Positions 28,687-39,000 of a stretch of DNA of 64,000 nucleotides are shown piece by piece (position 1 is the first letter of the stretch; the number at the start of each line of letters is the position of its first letter). The stretch is from Thermoplasmatales archaeon SW_10_69_26 (GTDB lineage Archaea > Thermoplasmatota > SW-10-69-26): NCBI GenBank assembly GCA_003009755.1, contig PXUB01000001.1:1-64000 (forward strand), given 5' to 3'. The notes beneath the pieces are model-generated. The model had not been told where the DNA came from and searched no databases. It saw only the letters and a program-made list of their open reading frames with translations. The position numbers were made by a program, and so were the translations under genes.

Positions 28687-30303
28687 TCACCTTGGACCAC
28701 CGGTTGCGGCCACGTCAGCCACCGTCGCGGCTCCCCGGACCGGCTTGTCGTCCCGGATGGCGGTGATGCGAGCGAACCGCAAGGCGTGACCACTGCGGTA
28801 CTTGGAGCTGTCCTGCACGGCCTCGAAGGTGACCTCGACGACGAGGCTCGGCGCGACCTCCACGCCCCACCCGTGCTCGGTCTCGGCGAGCTCCTGGAGG
28901 CGGTCGGTCATCCAGCCGAACTGCTCGTCGGTGAGCCCCTTGAACGTCTTGCCGACCATCGCGTGGCCCTCACGCCGGGTCACCGGATCCTGCCCGGGTT
29001 GGCTCGGCTCTTGCAGGAGGTCTCGTTGGTCGTCGGGGACGCGCACGCCGAGGTGGTAGTTGGACAGCCACTCCGAGCGGCGGCCGTGGCCCCACTCGGC
29101 ACCGAGCACGATCAGATCCAGCGTCTCGGCGGGCTTGACCTTCAGCCAGCTTCGCCCGCGACGGCCGGGCTCGTAGGTGCTCTCCGCCGCCTTCACCATG
29201 ACGCCCTCGTGGCCCTCGCCCTGCGCTTGGTCGTAGACGGTCTCGGCTTCGGCCAACCGGCTGGTCTGCACGGCGGGCGTGAGGAGGTCCTCGGGCGCGA
29301 GCTCCTCCAGACGAGCGCGGCGCTCGGTGAGCGCGTCGTCGATCAGGGTGGTGCCGTCGACGTGCAGCAGGTCGAACAGACGGATCGCGACCGGCACCTC
29401 GGCGCGGCTGGCGCGGCGCTCGTGCTCGCGACGGAACCGGCGCATCAGATCCGGGAAGGGCCGGGGTCGCCCGTCTTCGTCGACGGCGTAGACCTCCCCG
29501 ACCGCCAGGGCCTGCTCGGCGTCCAGCTGGTCGCCGACCTCGCGAGCCTCGGGCAGGCTGTCGGTGACCTCGGTGAGCCGGCGGGAGAACACGCGCACGT
29601 CCTCGCCTCGCCGGTGGATCTGGATGCGGGCGCCGTCGAGCTTGGGCTCGACGAAGGCTCGCGGTCCGGCCTCGGCGAGGGCCGTCTCGAGGTCCTCGGC
29701 CTTCTCGGCCAGCATCGGGCCAAGCGGTCGGCCGAGCTCGAGGTCGACGTCCGCCAGCGGAGGCTCGTCGTCGGCGAGCGCCCGCGCGGCCACCTCGCCC
29801 ACGTCGCCGCGCAGCTGGTGGGCCCGGCGGACGATCTCGGCGTCCTCGTCGGCGGCTTCGGCGATCGCGTCGAGCACGAGGCCCTCCTGAACGCCGGTGC
29901 GCAGCTCGCCGAGGAACAGCGCCCGCAGCCAGGCCTGCTCGTCCTCGTCCAGCCGCCCGAGCAGGCCGCCGAGCAGGGCCGATCGTCGCTGGCCGCTGCC
30001 GGTGCCGGAGACGTCGGCCAGCCCGTCCACGACCCGGGCGACGTCGGCGATCGTGGCCTCGCCGCCGAACAGGGGCGTTTGCCCTTCGCCGGCGGCGTCG
30101 GCCAGCACCGAGGACCCGACGTTGAGATCGCGCTCGTCCAGCGGGGAGAGCGTCTGCCCGGCGAGGAAGCGGGCCGTCGGAGCCCGCTCGTCCCGATCGA
30201 CGGCGGCTAACAGCTCGGCGGCGCCCTCGCGCTTGGCGTTGCGACCGTCGAGCTGGCGCAGGGCATCGCATGTCGCCGCGAACCGGGCGAAGGGCGTGGG
30301 CAC
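28687..30303 (-). CDS. lig: ATP-dependent DNA ligase
   Basis: PMLA, EPKLDGARIQIH (motif I), FDLL, EGVMVK, WLKVK, LRFAR. Confidence 0.95.
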   Translation of the reverse strand: MPTPFARFAATCDALRQLDGRNAKREGAAELLAAVDRDERAPTARFLAGQTLSPLDERDLNVGSSVLADAAGEGQTPLFGGEATIADVARVVDGLADVSGTGSGQRRSALLGGLLGRLDEDEQAWLRALFLGELRTGVQEGLVLDAIAEAADEDAEIVRRAHQLRGDVGEVAARALADDEPPLADVDLELGRPLGPMLAEKAEDLETALAEAGPRAFVEPKLDGARIQIHRRGEDVRVFSRRLTEVTDSLPEAREVGDQLDAEQALAVGEVYAVDEDGRPRPFPDLMRRFRREHERRASRAEVPVAIRLFDLLHVDGTTLIDDALTERRARLEELAPEDLLTPAVQTSRLAEAETVYDQAQGEGHEGVMVKAAESTYEPGRRGRSWLKVKPAETLDLIVLGAEWGHGRRSEWLSNYHLGVRVPDDQRDLLQEPSQPGQDPVTRREGHAMVGKTFKGLTDEQFGWMTDRLQELAETEHGWGVEVAPSLVVEVTFEAVQDSSKYRSGHALRFARITAIRDDKPVRGAATVADVAATGGPR

Positions 30304-30459
30304 GAGCAGAGGGGAAGCCGGGTGGCGGCCCAAGAGCGTGCCGGCCAACGCCGTTGGTCTCGGTGGGTTGATGCGTGGGGTTCGTGCCCGTTGTCGCTGG
30401 GGCCATCCCATCTCCGCCCGATGGGCGCTCGAGCGGGCTTCCCATGGTGCCCCGCTTGG

Positions 30460-31400
30460 TCAACGGCAGTGGATCGTATCCCGTGAGCGGGGCTCGTCGA
30501 TCACTTCGTGCAAGCCCCCTGGTTCAGTCAGTGACCGTGATCTCCGTATCATACGGTGCCGCGCCACGAGCAATGCCGTGTACGAACCTTCCGATAAGCC
30601 TCCTTCCGAGAATCCTATATTGCCTGCGTCCTTTCTAATATCAGAGTCAACGATGTCGCCGTTGCTGTCGTACAGGTACATATCCAAATCGGAAGAGTAT
30701 ACGAGGCCGTTCTGCCCCAAGTTAGGAATTAACTCGTCGTCAGGAACGACATCTCGGCTTTCGTAGTTCACGTCTGCGTTGATGCGGCTGGCGTTCTGTC
30801 CGTCATCGTTCATTCCATCGAGGTGGATGCTGTATGTGACTGCGTTCCCGACGTGTTGGTGCTCGCCGTTCGGACCTGTATCCACTTCCATCCCAGCACC
30901 CGGTACAGACACGTTCTCACCCGTTGCCGGATTCTCAACGTGACCGCCAAGTGGACTAATAACCGGGCCGCCATACCCGGTTAACACACCCTAATCCGTG
31001 ACCTGGTACAGTCGATCACTGTTTTGATCCGCTGTATGCGCCGCGGCGTCTTGGACGGGTGCGAGGTCGGCGATGAGCGCTGTGATGTCATCTTCGGAGA
31101 CGCTTTCCAAGACCTGCGCAGCATATGCAGCGGCATGATCCCCGGTTACGTCATCATCCAGGAACACGGCATCAGCCGCAGCAGCTGCGCCGAACGCCAT
31201 CACACCGGCAAGGCGCAGGCCACGGCCCTGGACCGAGCGGCTTGCTGCGTGGCATCGTTCACCACTGCCCGGGCGTCGCGCATGACGCGGGGGAACGGGT
31301 CGGCGCTCGGGCTGCCCGCTCGCCGGGTGCGGATGCGGTGAAGCGTCCAGGCGATCAGGCCCACGAGCGTCGCGATCAGCCAGGCCAGGGTCCTCGCCTC
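30460..31400 (-). pseudogene. Disrupted low-GC secreted protein gene with PPC-like C-terminal domain
   Basis: ORFs 30991-31203 and 30460-30987 are in one frame separated by a single TAG; apparent frameshift in the signal peptide near 31212; DLDMYLYDSNG motif. Confidence 0.55.
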
Positions 31401-31531
31401 CGCCACATCGATCGGTTCGCGGTCGCGTAAACGTTTCGTCGTCAAGCGCGTGAACGACCAGCGTTTGCCGCCTCCAACGCGCCGGCGCGCTCGACGAACG
31501 CCTCGCGGTCCTCGGCCGTGCCCATCACTCG

Positions 31532-32053
31532 TCAATGGCTCGTTTTCGGGTTTGAACGTGTCGTTCGGGAGCCTACAGGCTCCGACGAAGCAGGGTCGGC
31601 CAGCTTGGCGACCGTGGATTCAGGCGCACGACTATCGATCCCGCTGGATCCACTCGACAACGCGCTTGGTCGACCAGACTCGATTCCACCATTCTCGAAG
31701 TCCTGCGCGTTCTGGGTCCAGATCCCCTCGCACGGCTGGGCTATAGCCAACGCCAGGAACGGAACGTCACCGGGATCCTGGTCCCCGATGCGGCGCTTAG
31801 CCTCGGGGAGTTGTTCCTCGAACGTCTCTCGCGGCACAACCTCGATATCCTCCGTGAGCAAGGCGAGCAGGAGCTCGACCCCGTCGATCGAGAGGCCGGA
31901 TCGCTCGGCGATCGCGTCAGCGTTGCGGCGGATCTCGGCAAGCATCCGCTCTGGTGCCAACAAGCCGAGCGGTGAATCGATCAAAAGCCCCCGCGTCGTG
32001 CCGTCGCGCAGGATTCCGGCGAAGAGGATGTTCGTGTCGACCACGAGTCTCAT
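31532..32053 (-). CDS. PIN domain toxin (VapC-like)
   Basis: MRLVVDTNIL…E…DPGDVPFLALA…IWTQN. Confidence 0.88.
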   Translation of the reverse strand: MRLVVDTNILFAGILRDGTTRGLLIDSPLGLLAPERMLAEIRRNADAIAERSGLSIDGVELLLALLTEDIEVVPRETFEEQLPEAKRRIGDQDPGDVPFLALAIAQPCEGIWTQNAQDFENGGIESGRPSALSSGSSGIDSRAPESTVAKLADPASSEPVGSRTTRSNPKTSH

Positions 32054-32274
32054 GCAAGCTCGTACTCCTCGCCCATCCCCTGTTTGACGAGCGCGTCGAG
32101 TTCCTCGATGTCCTCGTCGGTGAGTTCGCTCTTCTCGGCGACCGCGTCCGCGATCGCGAGCTTCCGCAGGTGCTCCTGGACGGCTTTCCGCATCACCGCG
32201 CTCCAGTTCACCTCGTCGCGGCTGCGCATCTCCTCGCGCAAGTCCTCCGGGACGGAGACCGTCACGTTCGGCAT
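32050..32274 (-). CDS. Ribbon-helix-helix antitoxin
   Basis: MPNVTVSVPEDLREEM…VNWSAVMRKAV; ATGA overlap with PIN gene; TTATTTA box upstream. Confidence 0.85.
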   Translation of the reverse strand: MPNVTVSVPEDLREEMRSRDEVNWSAVMRKAVQEHLRKLAIADAVAEKSELTDEDIEELDALVKQGMGEEYELA

Positions 32275-32859
32275 GTGTTCACCTGTGTAAGCAATATTTC
32301 TACTCCTTTGTAAATAAGCCTTCCTGTTGCCGAGAGTGCCCCGAAACCGCTCGGCCACAGCGCTTGAACAACTGGCAGCCGAGAACAAACACGAGCCTCG
32401 CGGAGGACCCGCGTCGCTCGCCACCGTCCCGCGACCACGGAGCCGCTGGGAACGACGAGATCGGTCTAAGACCCCCAAGCGCAAGATCACCGAGCTCGAG
32501 GACTCATCAAACGGATGATGACACACCCTAACACCTTGCCGCCGCGAGCGCGCCGGCGGGCGAGCGGAGACCCCGTCACCGGTCCGACAACCCGGCGCTG
32601 TCGAGGTGGCGATCGGCGCTGGCGAGCAGCGGGCCGACCACCGTGCGCCCTGGACCAAGCCCCCGAGCACGACCGATCCCTGCCGTGCCCGCTGGGGGCG
32701 TTCTCCCCACCTTGCATGGCGCCGTGACGCCAGCCCGCCGCTCGCCACGGGTTCCACCCGGACCGGCTCCGGTCGATTGAATCACCATCGAGCGCTTGCT
32801 CCTGAGATTCCCGGGCGAGGCCTAGAACATTTTTCTCCGTGCTTCTTTGTGTAAATACA

Positions 32860-33354
32860 ATGTCTGCCTTACGAGTTCTTCTGGTTGCTGCCTGTCTTCT
32901 CTTCCCTCTGGGTTCGGGCTGCCTGTCGGACAGCCCCTCTTCGCCCTCCGAGCCTCGACCTCAGGCCACCCAGCCATCGCTCGACTTCACGTGGCACAAC
33001 CGAACCTGGAACGGTACCTTGGGGCAAGCGAACGTGTCCGGGAACCACGTAACCGAGCCATTGCTGACGGAGAATCGGTCGATCTCGTTCGAGGTTACGC
33101 CTGCGGTGGAGCGGATGGAACTCGAGATATCGGGGGGAGTGAGCGAGTTGAACCTTCGCATCGCGCCTCCCGACTGCACCGTCGAGCGCGCCGACGAGTG
33201 CGGGTGGGTCGTGCCGACGGAGAACATCGAGGCTCGCTGGCAGCAAGCCAACGTCTCAGCGGGGGTCTGGAACGCTCAGGTGAACATCCAGTCCACGGAG
33301 TCCACGACCCAGTACGAGATCGTGAAGCGCGTGAGGGTTCCGGTCGCTCCCTGA
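32860..33354 (+). CDS. Hypothetical lipoprotein
   Basis: Lipobox GSGC; beta-rich mature domain with several N-x-S/T sequons; lower GC. Confidence 0.7.
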   Translation: MSALRVLLVAACLLFPLGSGCLSDSPSSPSEPRPQATQPSLDFTWHNRTWNGTLGQANVSGNHVTEPLLTENRSISFEVTPAVERMELEISGGVSELNLRIAPPDCTVERADECGWVVPTENIEARWQQANVSAGVWNAQVNIQSTESTTQYEIVKRVRVPVAP

Positions 33355-33383
33355 CGTGCTTCCGTGACGGGGGTGCGCGGGTG

Positions 33384-34751
33384 TCAGGGTCCCAGCTCGT
33401 CGGGCAGATCGCCCATGTCGAGCTGCTGCATCAACCGTTTCTGCATGCCGCGGTCGCCCGACAAGCCTTCGATCGCGCGCTGGCTCATCTCGTAGTACTT
33501 GAGCAGCTCTTTGACGTCCTCGGGCTCGCAGCCGCTGCCCGTCGCGATGCGGCGCAGGCGTGAGCCTTTGATCTCGTCGGGGTTGGACATCTCCCAGTCC
33601 GTCATGGAGTCCATGATGATCTGGAACTGCTCCATCTGCTCCTCGGATTGAGCCATCTGGTCCTTGGGGAGGTTCTGCTTCATGCCGCCGATGCCGGGGA
33701 TCATGTCCACGATCTTGTTCATCGGCCCCATGTTGGAGAGCATCTCCATCTGGTCCTTCAGCTCGTGGAGCGTGAAGTCGCCCTCGAGGATCTTCTCGGC
33801 CGTCTCCTCGGCCTTGTCCTCGTCCTCGACGGCGTGCTGGGCCTTCTCGAGCAGGGTCTGGATGTCCCCCATGCCCAGCAGGCGGGAGATGAAGCGCTCG
33901 GCGTCGAAGGTCTCGATGTCGGCCAAGTCCTCGCCGGTCCCGACGAACACGATCGGGGCGCCGGTCTCGGAGACGGCGGACAGCGCGCCGCCCCCCTTGG
34001 CCGACCCGTCGATCTTGGTGAGGATGACGCCGGAGACGTCGACGGCGTCGTTGAACGCCTCGGCCTGGGGACCGGCTTGTTGACCGACGGTCGCGTCGAT
34101 GACGAGGATCTTCTCGTCGGGGTCGGCGACCTCGAAGACATCCTCCATCTCCTGGATGAGGTCGTCCTCGAGGCTGTGGCGACCGCTGGTGTCGACGATC
34201 TGGATGTCGGTGCGGTCCCGGAGCTCGGCGAGGCCCTCGTCGACGATCTTGGCGGCGTCGTCGTCACCGGCTTCCTTGTCCCCGTAGAAGGGGGCGTCGA
34301 CCTGGTCGCTGATCTGCTGCAGCTGGTCGTAGGCCGCCGGTCGGTGCACGTCGGCGGCGACGAGGCCGACCTGGAGGCCGCGCTGCTGGAAGTACTGGGC
34401 CAGCTTGCCGGCCGTGGTGGTCTTCCCTTGCCCGTAGAGACCGACGAGCATGATCGTCTGCGGCTTGAGCTCGATCTCTCGGCTCTCGCCGAGCACCTGG
34501 ACGAGCTCGTCGTGGACGATGCGGATGACGTGTTCGCGGGGGCTGGCGCCGGCGGCCGGCTCCTCCTCGAGGGCGCGCTCCTTGATCGAGCGCGTCATCT
34601 GGAGCGCCAGCTTGACGTTGACGTCGGCCTGGAGGAGCGCCCGCTGGATCTCGCGGACGATCTCCTCGATCAGGTCCTCGTCGACGCGGTTGGCGTTGGC
34701 CACCTTGGCGAGGGTGTCCCGCAAGTTCTCGCTGAGCGAGTCGAGGACCAC
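33384..34751 (-). CDS. srp54: Signal recognition particle protein SRP54
   Basis: LLQADVNV, GLYGQGKTT, DTSGRH, TKIDGSAKGGGA, Met-rich M domain. Confidence 0.97.
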   Translation of the reverse strand: MVLDSLSENLRDTLAKVANANRVDEDLIEEIVREIQRALLQADVNVKLALQMTRSIKERALEEEPAAGASPREHVIRIVHDELVQVLGESREIELKPQTIMLVGLYGQGKTTTAGKLAQYFQQRGLQVGLVAADVHRPAAYDQLQQISDQVDAPFYGDKEAGDDDAAKIVDEGLAELRDRTDIQIVDTSGRHSLEDDLIQEMEDVFEVADPDEKILVIDATVGQQAGPQAEAFNDAVDVSGVILTKIDGSAKGGGALSAVSETGAPIVFVGTGEDLADIETFDAERFISRLLGMGDIQTLLEKAQHAVEDEDKAEETAEKILEGDFTLHELKDQMEMLSNMGPMNKIVDMIPGIGGMKQNLPKDQMAQSEEQMEQFQIIMDSMTDWEMSNPDEIKGSRLRRIATGSGCEPEDVKELLKYYEMSQRAIEGLSGDRGMQKRLMQQLDMGDLPDELGP

Positions 34752-34824
34752 GCTTGGAACGAGCTGGCGGCTCGTCATAAAGCTTCGGTGGACGGCCGGC
34801 GGTGACAGCCCGCTGGGCGGGCGT

Positions 34825-36060
34825 TCACCCGCTCGTGGCCCGCGGTCGGGGCCGGTCGGCCGCCAGACAGGCGCGCTCGGCGGCCTGCAGGCGGGGGGCG
34901 AGCCCGAGCGCGAGCGGGCGGGCGAGGTGGCGGCGGGCGCTGGGGTCGGCCTCGTGCCAGCGTGGGGGGCGCTTGCTGGTCTCGCCGGGCTGGCGCGTCC
35001 CGCAGCGGGGGCACCGGTAGCCGGCCTCGTGCCCGATCGAGCGCATGTGGCCCCCGCAGCCGGGACAGGCGGGCGCCTGGGTGCCCTCGGCGGGCACGTG
35101 GAACAGCTTCTCCAGGTTGACCTGGCGGCCGGCGTCCTTGAGCGATCCCAGCGCGAGCAGGCGGTCGCCGGGTTCCACGGCTCGCAAACCGGTCCGCAGG
35201 TCGCCGGTGGGCTCGAAGGCGAGCACGGTGCGCTCGGCCTCGCGGGGCGTGCGCGTGGCCAGGCGGACGTGGCCGCCCTCGAGCCGCTGGGGCTCGTCAG
35301 CGGCAACGAGCGGTTGCAGGCTGGCCGCCGCGAGGTGGTCGTCGCTGGCTTGGTTGGTGACGAAGGTATAGGCTTGCTCGATCGGTTCCTCGGCCAGGCG
35401 GGCCGCGCGGTCGGCGAGGTCGTCGGGCTCGCTGGCCCGCAGGCCGAGGAGGAGGGGGCCTGGGGTGCGGGGGGCGACGAGGGCATGGTCCTCGCGGGCG
35501 TCGTAGGCGTCGAAGACGGCCTCGTGGTGGGTGTCGAGTTCGCGGGCGTGGCGAGCGTTGATCGCTCGCGGCGTGCCCCGTGCCTTGGGGTGGCGGTAGG
35601 CGATCCGTGTGTAGGTGGCCGAGGGGCCGGGCCGCCAGGCGGCGGCGCACAGGCACCCGACCAGGCCGCGACCGGTGCCGGCGGTCCAGGTGGGCACGTC
35701 GGCGAGGGCCGAGCGGGCCTCGTCGAGGCCGACGCGTTCGCGTACGCCGCGCTCGTACCAGGCCGGGGCCGGCGGCTCGGAGAGGACGGCCAGGCCGGCG
35801 CCTTTGCCCTCGGCGATGCGGGCGTGGTCGTCGACGACGGCGGCCGCGGTCTCGAGCACCGTCTCGGGGTGGAGGTCCCTCGAGAGAGGGATCGCGACGG
35901 CGGCGTTGCCGCGCGTCTTCCAGGGGTTGTCGGGATCGAGGCGGACCAGACGCGGCCGGCCATCCAACGCGTCGGGGCCGAGCCGATCGGCGATGCAGGC
36001 GGCGGCGTAGGTGGTGCATCCCCCCTGGGGGCCGTCGGTGTCGTCCAGCGTCAACAGCAC
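34825..36060 (-). CDS. tiaS: tRNA(Ile2) agmatinylcytidine synthase
   Basis: DDTDGPQGGCTT, RLVRLDPDNPWKTRGNAA, TNQASDDH, AFEPTG, CPGC/CPRC ribbon, RRHLARP. Confidence 0.9.
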   Translation of the reverse strand: MLLTLDDTDGPQGGCTTYAAACIADRLGPDALDGRPRLVRLDPDNPWKTRGNAAVAIPLSRDLHPETVLETAAAVVDDHARIAEGKGAGLAVLSEPPAPAWYERGVRERVGLDEARSALADVPTWTAGTGRGLVGCLCAAAWRPGPSATYTRIAYRHPKARGTPRAINARHARELDTHHEAVFDAYDAREDHALVAPRTPGPLLLGLRASEPDDLADRAARLAEEPIEQAYTFVTNQASDDHLAAASLQPLVAADEPQRLEGGHVRLATRTPREAERTVLAFEPTGDLRTGLRAVEPGDRLLALGSLKDAGRQVNLEKLFHVPAEGTQAPACPGCGGHMRSIGHEAGYRCPRCGTRQPGETSKRPPRWHEADPSARRHLARPLALGLAPRLQAAERACLAADRPRPRATSG

Positions 36061-36064
36061 CGGA

Positions 36065-39000
36065 TCAGCCTCCGGCCACGCGGTCGACGGTGCGGGAGCC
36101 GCCGGGGTCCAGCTGGTCGAGGGCGTCGGCGAAGGCGCTTGCGTCGGGGTAGCGGTCCTCGGGGTCGCGGGCCAGGGCCTTGGCGAGGACCTCGTTGACG
36201 GCGGCGGGGACGCCGTCGATCGGGAGCCGGACGTCGCGTTCGATCAGCTCCTCGGGGGGAGGCGTGGTGTCGGTCTGCAGGCCGAGGTGGTGCTCGCCGG
36301 TGAGGAGGTTGTAGACGAGGGCGCCGGCGGCGTAGACGTCGGCTTGGGGACCGGGCGGGTCGCCGAGGAGTTGTTCGGGCGCCATGTAGCGCGGCGTGCC
36401 GACGAAGGCGTCCTCCTGTCCGGGCGGTTCGTCGCGGCGGACGGCGACGCCGAAGTCGGTGATCTTGGCGGTCCCGTCGGGGGTGAGCAGGATGTTGGAG
36501 GGCTTGAGGTCGCGGTGCACGATGCCGGCCTCGTGGAGGGCAGCCAAGCCGTCGAGCACCTCGGCGGCCATCGGCAGGGCCTGTTTGGTCTCCATCGCCT
36601 GGTCGGTGCGGTCGGCGAGCGTGCCGCCCTCGATGTACTCCATGACGAGCAGCAGCCGGCCTTCCTCCTCGATGACGTCGTGCACGACGACGACGTTGCG
36701 GTGCTGGAGGTTGGCGGCGGTCTTGGCCTCGTGCAACAGGAGCTCGCGGGCGTCGGCGCCGACGTTCTCGAGGTCCTTGAGGACGACGTCGCGCTCGAGC
36801 ACGCTGTCCTCGGCGAGGTAGGTCGTGCCGAACCCGCCCTCGCCGAGGACGCGTTCGACGCGGAAACGGTCCACCTTGCGTGGCATGAAGCCGTGGGCAA
36901 CGGTGGCGCTGCCGTCGTCGGCGGCGACCGGCGAGGCGCTGGCGGGGCTCGTGGAGAACTCGGTGGGTCCGGTCCCGGTCCCCGTCTCCTCGCGGCGGCG
37001 GTGGTACCAGATGCCACCGGCGGCGGCGAGCCCGAGCAGTACGGCCAAGCCGAGGCCGCCGGCGAGGTAGGGGTTGTCGCTGGCGGCGCGTGTGGCGAGC
37101 GTCAGGGGGCTGGGCTCGGAGATGTCGAAGGTGCGCTGGACCTCTTCGCCGCTGGCGGGCGAGACGAGCGCGCGGTCGGGGTCGGCGGTCTCGGCGACGA
37201 TGGTGCCCGTGAACGAGCGGGGGGCCTCCGGCACGAACGAGAGCATCACGGTCCGGTTGGCGGGTTCGCCGGCGCGGAGGTTGACGTCCTGGACAGCCAA
37301 GGCCTGCGAGCCCGAGCGCAACGAGAACCGCAGGGAGACGTCGCCGGGCGGGTCGTCGCCGGTGAGGGCCAACTCGATCGTGCTCGTCGTGCCGGCCTCG
37401 AGGTCGGTGTCGGTGACGGTCCACGTGACGTGGGCCGGGGCTGGTCGGACGTCCAAGGCGAGGGGGGTCGGGTCGGAGCCGACCGGCGCCATCAGGATAG
37501 CATCCGAGCGGTCCTGGTCGGCTTCGACGAACAGCTGGCCCTGTTCGCGCGGTTGGAGCACGATCTCCTCGGGGCCGCCCGGCACGACGGGGGCGTTGGG
37601 TTCGACCGTCATCGTGCGGCCGATGCCGTTGGCGACGGTGATCTCGGCCAGCGAGCCGCGCGTGAAGGACAGCTGGGCGGGCACGGTGCAGACGTCGGCG
37701 GGGCAGTCGCCGCTGAACGTGGCCACGGTCTCGTTCCGCCAGGCCTGCTCGCTGGGGGAGAGCACGGTGCGTTGGCGGGTGGCGTTCAGGTCGCCGTCGG
37801 AGACGTGCAGCGTGACGTTGTAGACGCGGGGGGCCTGGCCGGGCAGCGTAAGCCACGCGCCGGTCTGGCCGCTGTCGTCGTCGACGGACCACCAGTAGGT
37901 CAGGTCCTCGTCGTCGGGATCGCTGGTCTCGTTGGCGGTCAGGGCCAAGCGACCGTCCTCGGTGGCCCGTTGCGTGATGCTGGGTTGAGGGGGGAGGTTG
38001 ATCTCCATCGTCCGCGAGGCGGTGACCTGGGAGGAGCCGTCGTCGACGGTGAGGTGGATGGTGTGGTTGCCGGAGGTGGTGAAGCGGTGGGTGACGGTGG
38101 AGCCTCGCTTGACCGGGCCCTCGTCGAAGCGCCAGGTGTAGGTGAGCGGGGAGCGGTCCGGGTCCTGGGACCCGCGGGCGTCGAAGACGTGGCCTTCGCC
38201 CTGCTGCCACGCGACGGTGAACTGGGCTTCGGGGGGTCGGTCCTTGCCCAGCATGCGGAGCTCGCCGTCGGGGCCGGCCCAGAGGACGCCGCCACCGTCG
38301 GCGATCGCGATGCCGGTCGGGATCTGCGAGCAGCCGGAGGGGGTCAGCGTCTTCGTCCACCGGGAGTCCAGCAACCGACGGTCCTGGTGGGGGTGGCCGA
38401 CGAGGGAGCGGATGACGGCCACGCCGCGCTCGGCCGAGCAGACGTCGGCGAGGTAGATGTCGCCGTTGGCGTCGACGGCGGGTTGGCCGAGGAGGGGGCC
38501 GAACACGTTGCCCAGTGACTTGATGTGGGCGCCGCCGAGCGTGACGATGTGGATGGACCCGCCGGCGTCGACGATGAACACGGGCTGGCTGCCGTCGGCG
38601 CCCCATCCGACGGTCGGGGCCGCGTAGATCTGGCCGTCGAGCTCGGAGCCGGGCCGTTCGGCGTCGCCGGTGCGCCAGGCGACGTCCCCGCTGGCTCGGT
38701 CCACGGCGACGACCTCTTCGTCCCCCATGACGAGGGCGATCGACGAACCGGGAGCCAGGGAGACGCCGCGCGGCGTGCAGTTGCAGTCGATGCGATCCTC
38801 GACGCTGAGCGAGCCGGCGGAGAGCTCGACGATGCCGCCCTCCTGGATGGCGACGATCGTGTCGTCGTTGTCGACGGCGACCGGGGGGCCCGGCGTGGGG
38901 CCCGGCGTCGAGGAGAGGGGCGGATCGTAGTTCGTCGGCTCCTGGAGGCTGCGCTCGTCGACGATGTCCCCCTGGGTGGTGACGGCCAGCACCGTCCAGG

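Noticed and set aside
32327-32830. Possible integrase or antiporter fragments in the island
   Set aside because: Only vague resemblance; no catalytic motif can be supported
33384-35963. Apparent long N-terminal extensions or fusions (SRP54 859 aa, SfsA 843 aa, PGI/PMI 837 aa, GpsA 560 aa)
   Set aside because: Extensions are alternative frames of upstream genes; true starts lie at the family N-termini
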